Source of the DNA: Dudresnaya verticillata
Taxonomy: Eukaryota
NCBI GenBank assembly: GCA_977862235.1
Contig: OZ374563.1
Location: 1,116,001-1,180,000, forward strand
DNA length: 64,000 bases
Reading direction: 5' to 3'
In this document: positions 46,011 through 57,792 of the stretch, in pieces
Layout of the letters: each line of letters opens with the position of its first letter
How positions within the stretch are numbered: the first letter of the stretch is position 1
Notes under the pieces: model-generated
Seen by the model: the letters and a program-made list of their open reading frames with translations, nothing else
The model's database searches: none
Told to the model about the DNA's origin: nothing
Program-made: the position numbers and the translations under genes

Positions 46011-46028
46011 TTCTAGGTCGGGAGACCA
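46011..46028 (-). promoter_or_regulatory. Primer binding site of Gypsy B
   Basis: Same 18-mer as 34232-34249, 1 nt from the LTR. Confidence 0.85.
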
Positions 46029-46029
46029 C

Positions 46030-46706
46030 TGTAGTAGAATGACTTTCAAGCCAGAGTAGACGGCTGCACAGCACGACAGCTGTCCTGAAAGCGTGATCCC
46101 ACTCGCGTGGTTGGTAGCTCCAAAAGGGGTGGTAGAAACTTGAGAGGGCGGTAAGCCCTGCAAAAGAGGGGGAAAAGGGAAGGCGAACCGTACTGCTTAG
46201 AGCAGTCGTCGTAGGTAGCACGGCTTGTAAACGCCTAACGGGGGTTGTAGCGGTGATACCGTGAGAGTCCAACAAAAGCGGAAAAAGCCCAAGGCACACA
46301 CTGCTGCCCATCTAGTGCGGGGCCCCTGCTACTCAGGGGCCTAATAAATACGGCGGGAGCCAAAAAGGTACTACCCGCTCAGTTAGAGCTATAATGCTAA
46401 CAGTGAGCTAATACTGTACACTAACAGTTACACTAGCGATTAAAAATAGGAATAAGCGGTCATACCGCTTCCGTACGTACGGCGCCATTGTAAGGCGCCA
46501 CGCCCAAAATAGACGTGCCATCATGGCGCGTATCCACTCTTGTCGTGCATTTAGAGCGGGCTTTGGTGAGTTCAGTGCCGCCGTTCCTTTCGAAGAAACG
46601 TCTCGGAATCATCCCGTGTAGATTGTCAAGTGCCCGTAACGCCTCCATCCTATTCTACCACGGACCTTTTCTTCGTCGTGTCCAACGAGCGCTCGTCTCC
46701 TCGACA
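46030..46706 (-). repeat. 5' LTR of Gypsy B; matches the 3' LTR only over 46030-46537
   Basis: About 97% identical to 38428-38935, then unrelated until agcgctcgt...ca at the putative end. Confidence 0.7.
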
Positions 46707-47507
46707 TTGCACTGGCTCTCTTGATTCTGCACTGCCTGAGAAGTTTGCCTTCCCGGGATGCTCCCAGTATGCAAGATTTTGACCTGACCAGTGGTTCGTT
46801 GCAGGGATTGTAGACCTAAGGGGGAAAGAGACGAGGCGATGTGCAGATCAGCGGAAGCTCGAGATCATTTGTTGTTTTGGCACGGCGCGGTATTCGCCAC
46901 CGGCAAAAGCTCAGTAGCTAAAAGCGAATAAGTCGAGCGGGCCAAGAACACGTAACTCAACGAGTGGCCAATAAACGCCAATATGACATGGGCCTTAAAC
47001 AACAGGACCAGCCATGGTGCTTGTACTGTAGATACATACCTTCATGTACACGAACTACCAACTCCGCTACCTAAGGGGGGTGCAAAGACAATCGCAGCAG
47101 CAACCATCTCTTTTCATCGGCACAAGCAAGTTGCTTAAAGAAGCTTAAAGCACCTACTGCATAATCGAAAGCTAACTGTAAAGAAGAAAAGTCTCAGATC
47201 CTCAGCCCCATTGCAAAATGTGTGCCCTCCTGAGGGGTTATAGTTCCAGCAGTATAAAAAGCGGTACTGTACCAATAAGTATTCTTCTTTTTGCTATCAG
47301 TCTTGAGTGCATTAGACTAACTTTGGGCTACCAAGAAACAAAAAGATTGCTTGTGTGTCCATCTTACCTATTGGAGACGTGGACAGCTACGCGAAGAGAA
47401 TAACTTTCTTATTATTCTTCTTGCCACAGCTGTCGTCTCCACGACTTCACCTCGACCTGACATCAGCCCCTCACCTCGACCCCACGTTCGGGCCCTTTTC
47501 CTTTCCT

Positions 47508-48518
47508 TCAAAAGGGACAAGGACAAAACGGCCTGCCGTGCGGAACCCAATGATCCTCGGAAAACGTCCATCGAAACTTCTTGAGAACCACCGCAAAGTT
47601 TTCAGAACCCACCGGCGCCTTTCTTTCTCCCAGCCAACTCCGCCGCCGCGCACGCATCTCCTCCTTAAAGGCCGCCTTATTCAAGCTCAAACCCTGCGCT
47701 TGTTGGCACCCTTTGCGTTGCTTTTTACCACCCTCGGTTTCTCCGTCTTCCACAATGGGCAGCACCAAGTAGCGCCTTGTAGTTTGCCCGCTTCCGAATA
47801 CCTGCACAGTCCCAACATTAGATGCCCTGAATTGCACCATCTTCTCGCCTTCTTTCTGATGCTCTCCAGAGGAGCATTCCGGTGTGCCGCGGCAACATTC
47901 CAGTGTCTTTCCGTCTTCAGACTTCCCCGAAACCTTTGTCACCTCGTTCCCAGGAGCCATGCCAGCGAAAGTGATCGATCTTGGACTACGTTGAGCTTCC
48001 ATTAGTACAGAACTATTGCATTTCTTTGCAAACTGTGCTGCAGTAGGATGTGGTAATTTGTCGGCTCGCATGGGGTCGGCCAGGTTCAGCAAGTACTCCG
48101 CAATGGCCTTTGTTCTAGGCCATGCGTGGAACACATATTCACGAACTGTTGTTGCCCCTGGGTGGAAAATTCCTTGTTTGGAGCTCTCAAAGTACCCCTT
48201 CGGTACCTTTGGCGTGTGAGGTGGCGGGTCGTCAAAGTTGACTCGCGGTGATTCTTTTTTTCGGACAATGGGATATTTCCTGGATCGCCATCTCCTGGCT
48301 CTGTCCTTCTGCACCGGGGACGAGCGAAGAGGGCGGTCGTCGCCTACGACTGTTTTTGATGGAAGCAGTTTCTGATTTGTTTTGCGACCCCCAACCGACT
48401 TCCTGCGTTTGTGATCCGAACGAGGAGTAGCGGACTGGAGACGAGTCCTTTTCGGTTGAGAAGGTTGTTCCACTGGTTTGGAGTTCGCACCCCCCTTTTT
48501 GCGCTTGAAATTTGGCAT
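47508..48518 (-). CDS. Hypothetical basic protein, paralog 1 (unknown conserved C-terminal domain)
   Basis: ATG at 48518. Colinear similarity to 51440-52771. Confidence 0.7.
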   Translation of the reverse strand: MPNFKRKKGGANSKPVEQPSQPKRTRLQSATPRSDHKRRKSVGGRKTNQKLLPSKTVVGDDRPLRSSPVQKDRARRWRSRKYPIVRKKESPRVNFDDPPPHTPKVPKGYFESSKQGIFHPGATTVREYVFHAWPRTKAIAEYLLNLADPMRADKLPHPTAAQFAKKCNSSVLMEAQRSPRSITFAGMAPGNEVTKVSGKSEDGKTLECCRGTPECSSGEHQKEGEKMVQFRASNVGTVQVFGSGQTTRRYLVLPIVEDGETEGGKKQRKGCQQAQGLSLNKAAFKEEMRARRRSWLGERKAPVGSENFAVVLKKFRWTFSEDHWVPHGRPFCPCPF

Positions 48519-49204
48519 AGTACGAAGTGTATCTGTCGGCAAGGTTTTGCTAAGAGTATAGGTCCAGTGAAAAGAAAAGAGAGAATGCGGAGATAGCAAA
48601 CGCTTCTGCGAAGATAACTAGCTATAGAAAAATATGGTAGAAATGAGGGCAGCAAGCGGCGGGAATTAATAGAGTGAACTTAAAGGAAGCTTGGTATTGA
48701 GTTCGGGGAGAATAGAAAACTTGAAGCCTTCAACGAAGAAGGACAAAGCGAAGAGTGCAACAAAACAAGCTTAAAACAACTTGTGTAGGGTGGACAGGAG
48801 TGAGCACTTTTGGCACGGTTTGGGAGCAGTGCAGAACAGAAGGAGGCAATCGGAAGAAGAGTGCAGTTGACCGTACATTTAAAGGCTGAGCCTTCCATCA
48901 GCTACACTTGTGTGAGGAGGAGAAGGGGTCGCTTAGCCCGGGAGTGTGTTTGTGTGAGCACGGGTCAGGGTTACCGGGCAAGACTGCAGGTGGGCGTGGG
49001 TGGAGGAAAGAGGCAATGTGCAACTGACTGGTCATGGACAAGTGTGAGTTGCAGTGGCACATTCGCACGCTGTGGAAAGGAAACAGCGAATGGGAGTCAT
49101 CTGTATGGCATCTTTTTGAAGCCGAAACAGGGATGGGGGAAGTTTATGGTAGGGTTCGAAGGCCGAAACAGGTGGCAATTTTAATCTCTTTCCGCGCAGT
49201 CGTT

Positions 49205-49516
49205 TCATCATCATCATCATCATCATCATCACAACTTTATTGAAGCAAGACGAACAGCGGAAACCCTAGTGACTTAGCCGATGATGACTACTGGAAGGCC
49301 TTGACTAACGGGACGTCGACGATTCACGGCCAGGGCGGTGAGCTGGAGAATGCGGGAAACCAGTGGTGAAACTAACGAATGGTATTCAGTAGTAGGATTT
49401 GTTCCCCGGCACCTGGCTAGGAAAGCATCGAGCTTTTGAAGTGCGCTACGGAATTCGAGGCCAATGCCCCCGTGAATGTCGAATCCCAGCGGCTGAAACG
49501 TAATTTGTGGCAGCAA
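49205..49516 (-). mobile_element. 3' end of a second CRE-like non-LTR family with a (TGA)9 tail
   Basis: FQPLGFDIHGGIG...RGTNPTTE...LAVNRR aligns with the C-terminus of the 2067-2822 ORF. AATAAA sits 4 nt before the microsatellite. Confidence 0.8.
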
Positions 49517-51439
49517 ATCTCGGCTTATCCATCTGTGTCACCCTGACACCAGTTGCAGGGCACGGCTCGGTCTTTAGATGACAATGCCCATTGGATTGAA
49601 CGCAAGAAAGGTTGGTTTCTGAGATCCGCGCGCAAAAAGGGGAACGACAAACTTCACAATACGTCTTCTGCGCACCTACTACACCAGCGCGTTCGCAATC
49701 GTAAAGCCTAGGAAGGAATGGATACTCCTTGTATTTCTAATGGAATGGTCTCCATCTCTAATGGAATGCCACAATGCCCATGCACAGCACCGAAGCCGCA
49801 ATTATGTAAGACCGTTAAGCCAGGTTTTAGGCATGGAAGAAATCCTTATCAAGAGGGGCACTCTTTAGGCATCGATTGCGGGCCACGGCCATGAATACCT
49901 TGTCGGGTGCAGTCAGAGCTGTTGTTCGCGAGTTTTGTGTTCACGAGCAGCTTCTGGCTGATGAAATGGCTTCCGTTTTCTAGTACCTAAGCTTGGCAGC
50001 GGTCCAGAAATGAGAGAGTGTGTAGAAGGGAGAGAGAGAGAGAGAGATCTGCAGTGCTCTCTGCAAGGAAACGTTGGAATCGAACACAAGAGAGCTCACG
50101 ATGAAATACTGAGCCGAGAACAGGCGTACATGTTGTGATACATTCGCATTTCCTAGCACCCTAGTTTGTTCGACTAATGCCGATTGCTGTGATGTACATT
50201 ATATATTTTGGCGTGTTAGGCACGGATTCAGAGATAGGAGCAGAACAATGCGGTGGCGGCGTGGTGGTTGCAAGCCTATGTAGATACACCTGTGGTGGCA
50301 AGCAACTGCAACAAACAATCCTTCAGCAGGAGTCGAGCATATTGTGGTCGATGCTCAGTGCAAGTTACAGCAGATGCGAGTTTGGGCACACTTTTGGCCC
50401 ACAGAAACTTTTGTGGCCAAGTAATCAAGTACGTAGTTGCGTAGTTGCGTGCGTCTTCAGCAGACTGCTGCGTTTCTGTTTCCTACGCAGTGCGACCACA
50501 AGTGCAGACAAACGGAGACCGGGAAACGTTGAGAAAAACTGGAGAGCTGGTCGGAGCAGCGCAATCAAAGTCGAGTGAAAACATGTGTGTGTGAAACCGA
50601 GGTAAAACAAACGTTGTGCAGAAGTGAAACGGGAATGCTTGGGCGCAGATCAGATGGAGACGGTGACACTCGGCGAGGGCGGGATCCCAGCCACGGAAGA
50701 GCAAGAGCAGCATAAGGTGGAGTCAAGAGAGTACGACTGGCACCGCCTCGGCGGGAGCACAGAACATCGGTAATGCAGCACGCAGTCAAGTTCTCTGCGT
50801 ACTAGGCCAGCACATTCTCTATCTCTCGAATGTTCAAGCTGGACGAGGGCAGTACCATACTGTACACGTTGGGCGTTTTCAGAAAATGGCGTAGTAGTTG
50901 TGCACGCAATCATCAACTGAATGCATCACTAACGCAATCCACACTCTCGTGGCGGTCTCGTGACGACGCGTCAAATCATGTGATGATCGTCCCCTCCGTC
51001 GCAAGCCTGACACGTAAAGTTTTACTGTTCGTTACAGCGATATGCCCAATCTGCAAACAGAACCGCGAGCAGTTTTAAACAGTCTCATGATTCGACGCAT
51101 GCCGCTCGCTCCGCTTCCTCCGCTCATCACTCGTACAACCCTATTCGTCGTACCCTCTGCTGCTGTGAGCATCTTCTCCCTCCTCCTTCCAGCCATGACG
51201 CCTGACCGCAAAAGGGTAACCTAAGTCACACTTCGCGGAGAGCGTACTAGGCTTCATGCAGCCTGGTGGAAACCACATGTGCACTTGTGGGCCACATGAT
51301 GTGGCACGTCTCAGCAGAATTCCAATGTCCTTTACTTGTCGCCATATGTCAGCTTGAAAATGCTGAGAGGCCGTAGCCATGTCGAGTTCTTTCAACAGAG
51401 TTTTCGTCCTACCCGCTACAGTACAATACCTTCCAGGCC

Positions 51440-52771
51440 TCAATACGGGCAATAACGAGACCCATGCGGAATGCTATGCTCCTCCGCAAAAGTCCATCGA
51501 AACCTCCTCAAAACCAATTGATACCCATCCGACTCGTGCGGCTTTTTCCTTTGTCTCAACCATCCCCGCCGAGTTTCCCGCACTCTCTCCTTGAAGCCTG
51601 GCTCGTCAACACCCCAATCCGCATAAAACGGCCGGTCGTCACCATCACGCCCAGCATCCTTGGGTTGCTGGTCGGCAGAAATGCCCTTCGTGGACGATCC
51701 TTCCGCCGCCCCTTTTTGCTTTTGCTTGTTGATAGCAGGAGGCAAGTCGGGATGCGGGACTTTGTCCGCGCGGATGGGGTCGGCCGTGTTGAAGGTGAAC
51801 TCAGCAACGGCTTTGGAGCGTGCAGGCGCATCGAAAATGTACTCCAAGGTCGACCGCGTTCCGACATGAAACGACCCACGAGCATCTGGAGAGAAATAGC
51901 CTTCGGGGACGCCTGGCATAGGCGGCGGTGGTCCATCAAAGTCTATCTTGCGTGGTGGAGATATGCGGGTCTTCACTGGGACTGATTTCAGAAGCAAAGC
52001 TGCACTATCGATGCGCTTGGGAGCTGAAACAGATGCAAGGCCGACATGTCGAGGAGTGAGCGATGCCGCGAGAGATTTGGATAGCTGGGGTTGCTGAGGC
52101 TCAGAGTCTCGCTCCACGCCTGAGTCGGACAGCTTCAACTGCACAGCCTGCGATGTACCCAGGTGTGTAGTGGCTGGGGCTTGGCTGGCTGAAGCGGGAG
52201 TCATGCAGCGCACCACTCGTCGAACTCGCTTTGGTTCCGGGGTTTGAAGGTCCGGCTTTTGTCCAACGTCCGGTGCCGATCGTTTCAGTGTCTGAGACCT
52301 TGGAAGGGGCGTGAGACATGGGTTTGGCACGGGTTGAACCCTTTGACGATAGTGGGATGAGTTGTTCGGCACCTGCATCCATTTTCTGGGCTGTTGAACT
52401 CTTCGTTGTTGACTGGAATTCCTTTTGCACTGTCTAGATTGTTGAGACTGAATGCGTCTGGGCGACTTCGATTCTGCCACGACTTGGCCTTGTGAAGTGG
52501 TGAGACACGACGATGTGTCATGACAGGCCTTCTTTCTTGTCGGCGGTTGGGCATCCAGTTCCCACTCTGAATCCGGCATCGTGCGTTTTCGGAACTCGTT
52601 CTCCTTCCCCTTCTTCTGCATTGAAGATGTCGTTGAAATGTCGTCACAACCTGTATCATCATGGAAGGTACGTGTTGGTGGTTGGCCACGGGAATCTGCA
52701 GCAGGTGTAGGGTTCTGGGAAGAAAACAAAGAAGCAAACAAAGAAGAAGCGCTTTTGAACAAGAAAGCCAT
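51440..52771 (-). CDS. Hypothetical protein, paralog 2 (low-complexity N-terminus, conserved C-terminal domain)
   Basis: ATG at 52771. Shares FD.PPP..P.VP.GYF, ADP.RADK.PHP and FRWTF.E.H..PHG..CP with paralog 1. Confidence 0.7.
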   Translation of the reverse strand: MAFLFKSASSLFASLFSSQNPTPAADSRGQPPTRTFHDDTGCDDISTTSSMQKKGKENEFRKRTMPDSEWELDAQPPTRKKACHDTSSCLTTSQGQVVAESKSPRRIQSQQSRQCKRNSSQQRRVQQPRKWMQVPNNSSHYRQRVQPVPNPCLTPLPRSQTLKRSAPDVGQKPDLQTPEPKRVRRVVRCMTPASASQAPATTHLGTSQAVQLKLSDSGVERDSEPQQPQLSKSLAASLTPRHVGLASVSAPKRIDSAALLLKSVPVKTRISPPRKIDFDGPPPPMPGVPEGYFSPDARGSFHVGTRSTLEYIFDAPARSKAVAEFTFNTADPIRADKVPHPDLPPAINKQKQKGAAEGSSTKGISADQQPKDAGRDGDDRPFYADWGVDEPGFKERVRETRRGWLRQRKKPHESDGYQLVLRRFRWTFAEEHSIPHGSRYCPY

Positions 52772-53016
52772 TGCGAGATCAGTGGGGGTATGGTGTGCCT
52801 TTCCGTTGAGAACTAACCGACAGCAAAGGAGGCGAAGCAGCGAAAGTGGCAGACGTAGCAGAAGGTGAGGGCGAAAGTGGTTTTGGCAAGCGAGCGGGAA
52901 GTTTTGAGCCAAACGACAATGGAACAAGAACTATTCGGTGTGTGATGATGCGCGCCAAGATGGCAAAGCGAATTTTCAAAGCAGGCGCTCTTGCACAAGA
53001 GCAACAGAAAGGTTTG

Positions 53017-54300
53017 AAATCGAAAGAGGCAACCAAAAGCTCAAAAAGATATGGCTTCTGGTTCTTCAGGTTCCAAGATTGACAAGAAGCCGCAAAGCAA
53101 GACTAAGCCTATAATGCCAGCAAAAGCTCGGAAGGCACCGGCCAGCTCGCGGTCGGCTAGCGCCTCTCGTTCCCGCCAGGCTGCGTCGAAGAGCAATACA
53201 GACCAAATGGGGACGTCAAGCTCTACAAAAGCTACAACCCCGAACTCTTCGCACATGGACACGGGAGTTGAAGGCCTTTCAAGCTCTGCAAACGCCGGGA
53301 CTTCTATTCCTCGCTCCCAAGATGGGAGTTCATCCCAGAGCATTGCAGCGGCCCGTCGCCAGAGTGGACGCAATCCAGAGGTTGCATCCCAAGTTGCCAG
53401 CAACAGCAATGAAAGTCGGACACCAACGGGAATTGCTGAGCAGGCCCATGTGCTTTCCGCATTGAACGTGGAAGACATCTTAGAGTCTGATCTGCTGGAT
53501 AAGAATTTTGTCGATCCTAGCTTCTTGTGGTAGGAAGAAGCTAGGATGTGCACATTGGCGCGGCCTCCTCCCCTAATGGGTAGGCTCTGTAGCTACAAGC
53601 GGTAAAAAGAACTAACGCTGACTTGATATTGTCTCGCTAAGTGTAGCAAGCGCAGCTTGCAAGTAGCAAGCGCAGCTTGCAAACGCAAGCGGAGGTTGCA
53701 AACGCAGCTGCAAGTGTCTCGTGGCTTACCCGTCACGCCTTGGTTAAAGTGATGTTTCCCCCCGTCACGGGCACCTTTTTCGTTGTGTTCGCTTCATGCT
53801 TTCGTAAAGTGACGTTTACCCTCTCTACAGGAGAGCCCGAGGGTTGTTATTGGCCCTCGGTTACACCTCGGGCCAATAACAAGCCAAGGGCTCAAATCAG
53901 CCCCGAGGGAAAGGGTGCCAACATGCTTGTCGCAAAAAACGATAACTTGCGGCATTGACTTGTGAATATATTTAATAAAAAGACATTACTTTTTCTGGGC
54001 CAAGCTTGATAACCTGATATCAGCACTCCCCGCTGCGCGATCGTTTCATGAGACTTTTCACTCACCCGCGCCCGAGCCATCCACAGCTATCTCGACCACC
54101 CTTGGCGCCTACTCCGGAAAATCGTCAGTATCGCCTTGTACATCCGTACTGTCATCTCCGACAATAGCGGTAGCAATAGTTAATGAAGAGTTTTCTGCAC
54201 CTTGTTTTGCACATTGGCTTCACCAGCAGCAGCGTTACCGACTATGTACCAACAGCGCGCGGTCTTATCCACATCGTCATTTAACACAGCAGCGATTCCA
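53017..54300 (+). repeat. Diverged inverted partial copy of the tandem-array unit (3' end of the zinc-finger gene and downstream), with an empty CRE site
   Basis: ORF 53051-53533 nearly matches the C-terminus of the 650-aa protein. The sequence matches the reverse complement of unit positions ~1675-3725 without the 811-bp insertion. Confidence 0.9.
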
Positions 54301-54329
54301 GGAGAAGATTCGCCCAAAGTGTCAACAAT

Positions 54330-54780
54330 CCTCAGATACCGATTCCTCGAAGGGCAGCAGTTCTGAGGCCGATAGTGAGGACGCAGTGGTTGCAGCGATT
54401 GATTACGAAGCGCCTCCGCCCAGCGTAGCGCAATCAGACTCTTGGTCTGCCGGGCTGAGCGACCACCCATACCAAGGCGATGTGGACGCAGTCCTTCAGA
54501 ACTACAACCACAGGATGTCTGCGTGGGCTCAGCCCACAAGGACACAACGTCCCGGTTGGGTGTCTGTCGAAGACAGGCCAAATGACATATGCTTGGACTG
54601 TCTGGCTGTGGGCCATAACAAGCCGAATTGCTCATATCTGGCTCGTACGGATGAGCCGTCATTTGAGGGACTAAAATGCCAGCAGTTTTATAGACTGTCT
54701 CACGAACAGAAGGCATGGTTAGCCACCATAGGGCGACTACCTGATTTCCAAATGAAGCAATACCGAAGGCCGGAACATCC
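54330..54780 (+). pseudogene. Gag fragment of the Gypsy B family
   Basis: VAAID.EAPP...DAVLQNYN...TQRPGWV...CLDCLAVGHNKPNC aligns with Gypsy B gag. Confidence 0.88.
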
Positions 54781-55548
54781 GGGGTCGAGGCCCCCAATGC
54801 GACGATATATGCGCTGGCGGCACAGTCTGGCGGGGTCACCAAGGCGCGCGCATGCGCCACTCACGCTCAACACGTTTTGCGCGGGCCGGCGCCGCTCGCG
54901 CCGCTCGTGGCGCCCAGCGGCGCCACCAGGGCCGCTAAGTAGAGCACGGCGCGTATTCCAACAACGTTGGAACTACATAGCGCACACACAACGCACACGT
55001 GGATGCTCTTGCCTCGTCACGGTCACGCTCCCAGCACACACCGAAGGGCTTCTCTTTACAGTGGCATAGATGTCAGTGTAAGGCAATTAAACTGTAATTT
55101 ACTGGAATATACTCCGCCAGCAATGACAGCGCCACGGCGTTAAACGGGCAGGAAATTTCGTCCAGCATGCGCAACTCTCCACGAAGGTGTGGGCCCAAAA
55201 GTGCCGTAATTTGGCCCGATTGCTCGAGACGGACAGCAGAACGTTTCAGATTTCCAGGCTCACCGCTCGACAAGTCGTACAGTCGTACACCACTGTATAA
55301 TAAATCGTATACGACCAGGCAATTCCGGACGAGACTTATATGTCCCGCACACGCGCCCCGCCCTGCGAAAATATCTCTCTATATTAGGACCACAGCCCAA
55401 CGCATTTTGCAGCAACCACCTTCCCGCTCACCCCCTTCACTACCAACCACCTCCATACCTCAACACATACAATCTTCCCTTCCTACCCCCCTTCCTCAAA
55501 TCCTTCCCTTTTCCCGGACTGGCATTCCGGCCATCTCTCCCTGCCGCC

Positions 55549-57792
55549 ATGGAGGACGATATTCCCAACATCGCTACCATCCGTTCAACCTCCCTTCAGC
55601 CCACTTCAGCTGCTGCAAAGGTGATGAAGGCCGTTCGTCATCGTAACCAGGTCAAGCGCGCGGTTCGGCTCATCGAGCACTTTCCCGGGTTCGACATGCT
55701 CATTCGTCCCGTGGATAGGTTCCGCGCTTTGTCTCTCTCAGACCGCATGTTTGTCGAGGGTTTCCGCCGGTGCGAACCGATAGTTGTGACGGAGCCTATC
55801 TTCAACTGCGATGGGCAAGACGTATATGTCCCAGAGTATGTCACGGCTGGAAATCATCGCGTCGTTTCCGCGCGAGACAGCTGCTTGGGCACCCTGTACG
55901 CATTTTTCATCACCCGCGCGGAACTTCTCAGCGTCTAATACGCAGTGAAGAAAAAGGAGCCGCGTGTGTCGGAGACGGAGCATACCATTATGCAACGTTT
56001 CCACAGGGCTGTGAAGTTTCTCATTATCGTCGGAAACACCCAGGATTTCTCTCCCGCTCCCTACACGCCGCTTCAGCAAGTTGCCCTGGTGCGTACGCTT
56101 GTCGATAGCGACCACTCGATTCCGAATACGAAGGCGGCAGGAGTCAACGGCAAGGTTTACGGAGGTTACCGGTTCCTTCAGGAGAAGTTGATGGGAGAAG
56201 AGGTTGCAAGTACTGGACGCGCCCGTGCCGAACGGCAGCGCCGAAACAAGAAGGATAATGTAGAAGACGTCGCGGATGAGAACGAAGAGATCATCTACCA
56301 AGCATTTGGCAACGACGACCACTCGAGGAACCACTTCCTGTATCATTTCTCTCACATTCCGAGACATATGAACAGGTTGCTGTTGGGGTGCTACGCTCTC
56401 ATTGGGACATGTATGTCCCACCCCATCCCGGAACTCGGCAATAGGACATCCGTCCTCGATGCCCTCCTTTACTGGGAGTCGGTTCGTAAGTTTCCGAAGT
56501 TCCTCGAGACGTACATTGGCTACGCTGGCCAGCTGGACCCGAAGTATGTCCAGCTGGTCATGAAGTTTTGCCAACGGTCGCTGGAGAAGAACGACCACAA
56601 CGTGCAGAACTTCGCTTTGAAGAACACGCCGTTTTGCACGCAGCATTTCAATGCTTCAAACAACAACAACTTGCGCGCGTGGTTTGACGAGACTGATAGC
56701 AGGCACCGAGCCAGGTTGTGTCGTCAAGCCAAGAAGGGCGAGGAGCGCACTTCACGTACGCGCAAGGAGACGGTCACCGAGAAGGTCAAGAAGGTCAAGA
56801 AGCTTGGTAAGAAGAAGAATACCAAAGTTGTAAAGAAGGTGTCTGCACCAGTGCCAAAGCCGGCGGTGGAAGAAGCCCTTGCAGTTGTGGACCTCACCCT
56901 CGAGAGTGACGAAGAAATCACAGCCGCCCCGGCTCCCTCAACTACAGCCCGCGGGGCAAGGTCGTCCAAGCACGTAGAATTCAAGAAGGAAAACGATGTC
57001 ATCGATCTCGAAGACCTCTTTGGAGCCCTCGACAAGGCCCCCGATGCGAAAGTCGCTTCCGCTTCTCCTGCTGATGATGTCTTGGCCCGCGGGCCATCCG
57101 ATGAGAGCCAGGACATATCTGTCCCACTCTCTGGCCAGGAACCGGCAAACCGGGTTCAGGACATATCTGTCCCAGAAGGCTCAAAGAAGAGTAAGAAGCG
57201 CCGCCGCGTCGAGGAAAATGAAGAGGAGACAGAATTTGAGGACACAGACGACGAGGTTGTTCCCTCCGCGAGAAAGAAGGCCAAGACAGATTCGAGGGAT
57301 GAAGAAATTGGTAACCTTCGCAAGCAAATTGCTGAGTTGCAGAAAAAGGTCCCTACGGGTACTTCTTCAGTTCCAATCTCGGGCAACAACGAAGGCTCGG
57401 TTCTCGATAGTGCCTTGGAGGCCAAAGTGAAAGCGGAAGTTGAACGCCGGGTCGCTGCAGCGTTGCAGAACCGCATTGCTCAACTCTCTGTACCCCCGGG
57501 GACTGTTCCCGAATCCCGTCAGGAGCCGCAAGGCAAAATGTTGCAGGAGATCGAGAAGGCTCGCTTGGAGAAGGAGGAAGTTGCTCGGAAGTTGGAGAAG
57601 GCTGAAGCCGAGCTACAGGCACTACGGAGCAAGAAACCGTCCGGATCTGGAGCAACTCCCAGCCGGGGGCGTCGAAAGCCAGACATCAACGGTGATAATA
57701 TTGGGCCTGCAGTTCTGGCTCGTATGTCTAAGGAGGAGCTGCTGAACCTGCAACGTGAAGTAGCTGCGGCTCTTGAAAAGTCTCAAGTGTAA
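55549..57792 (+). pseudogene. Unknown ~747-codon gene with one in-frame TAA (55936-55938); globular N-half, K/E-rich and coiled-coil C-half
   Basis: ORFs 55549 and 55945 share a frame. Strong GCCGCCATGG start context after a C-rich leader. Confidence 0.7.

Larger units (their letters stand above)
38428..46706 (-). mobile_element. Ty3/Gypsy element B, internally deleted and probably chimeric (right boundary tentative)
   Basis: The LTRs share 508 bp. PBS, PPT and gag-PR-RT-RH are present, integrase is truncated, and no matching TSD was found. Confidence 0.88.

Noticed and set aside
49032..49232. ORF beginning with poly-Met
   Set aside because: An artefact of the (TGA)n retrotransposon tail.
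50029..50047. (GA)n tract as another CRE family 1 tail
   Set aside because: No adjacent TTTATT or coding remnant, so it is treated as a plain microsatellite.
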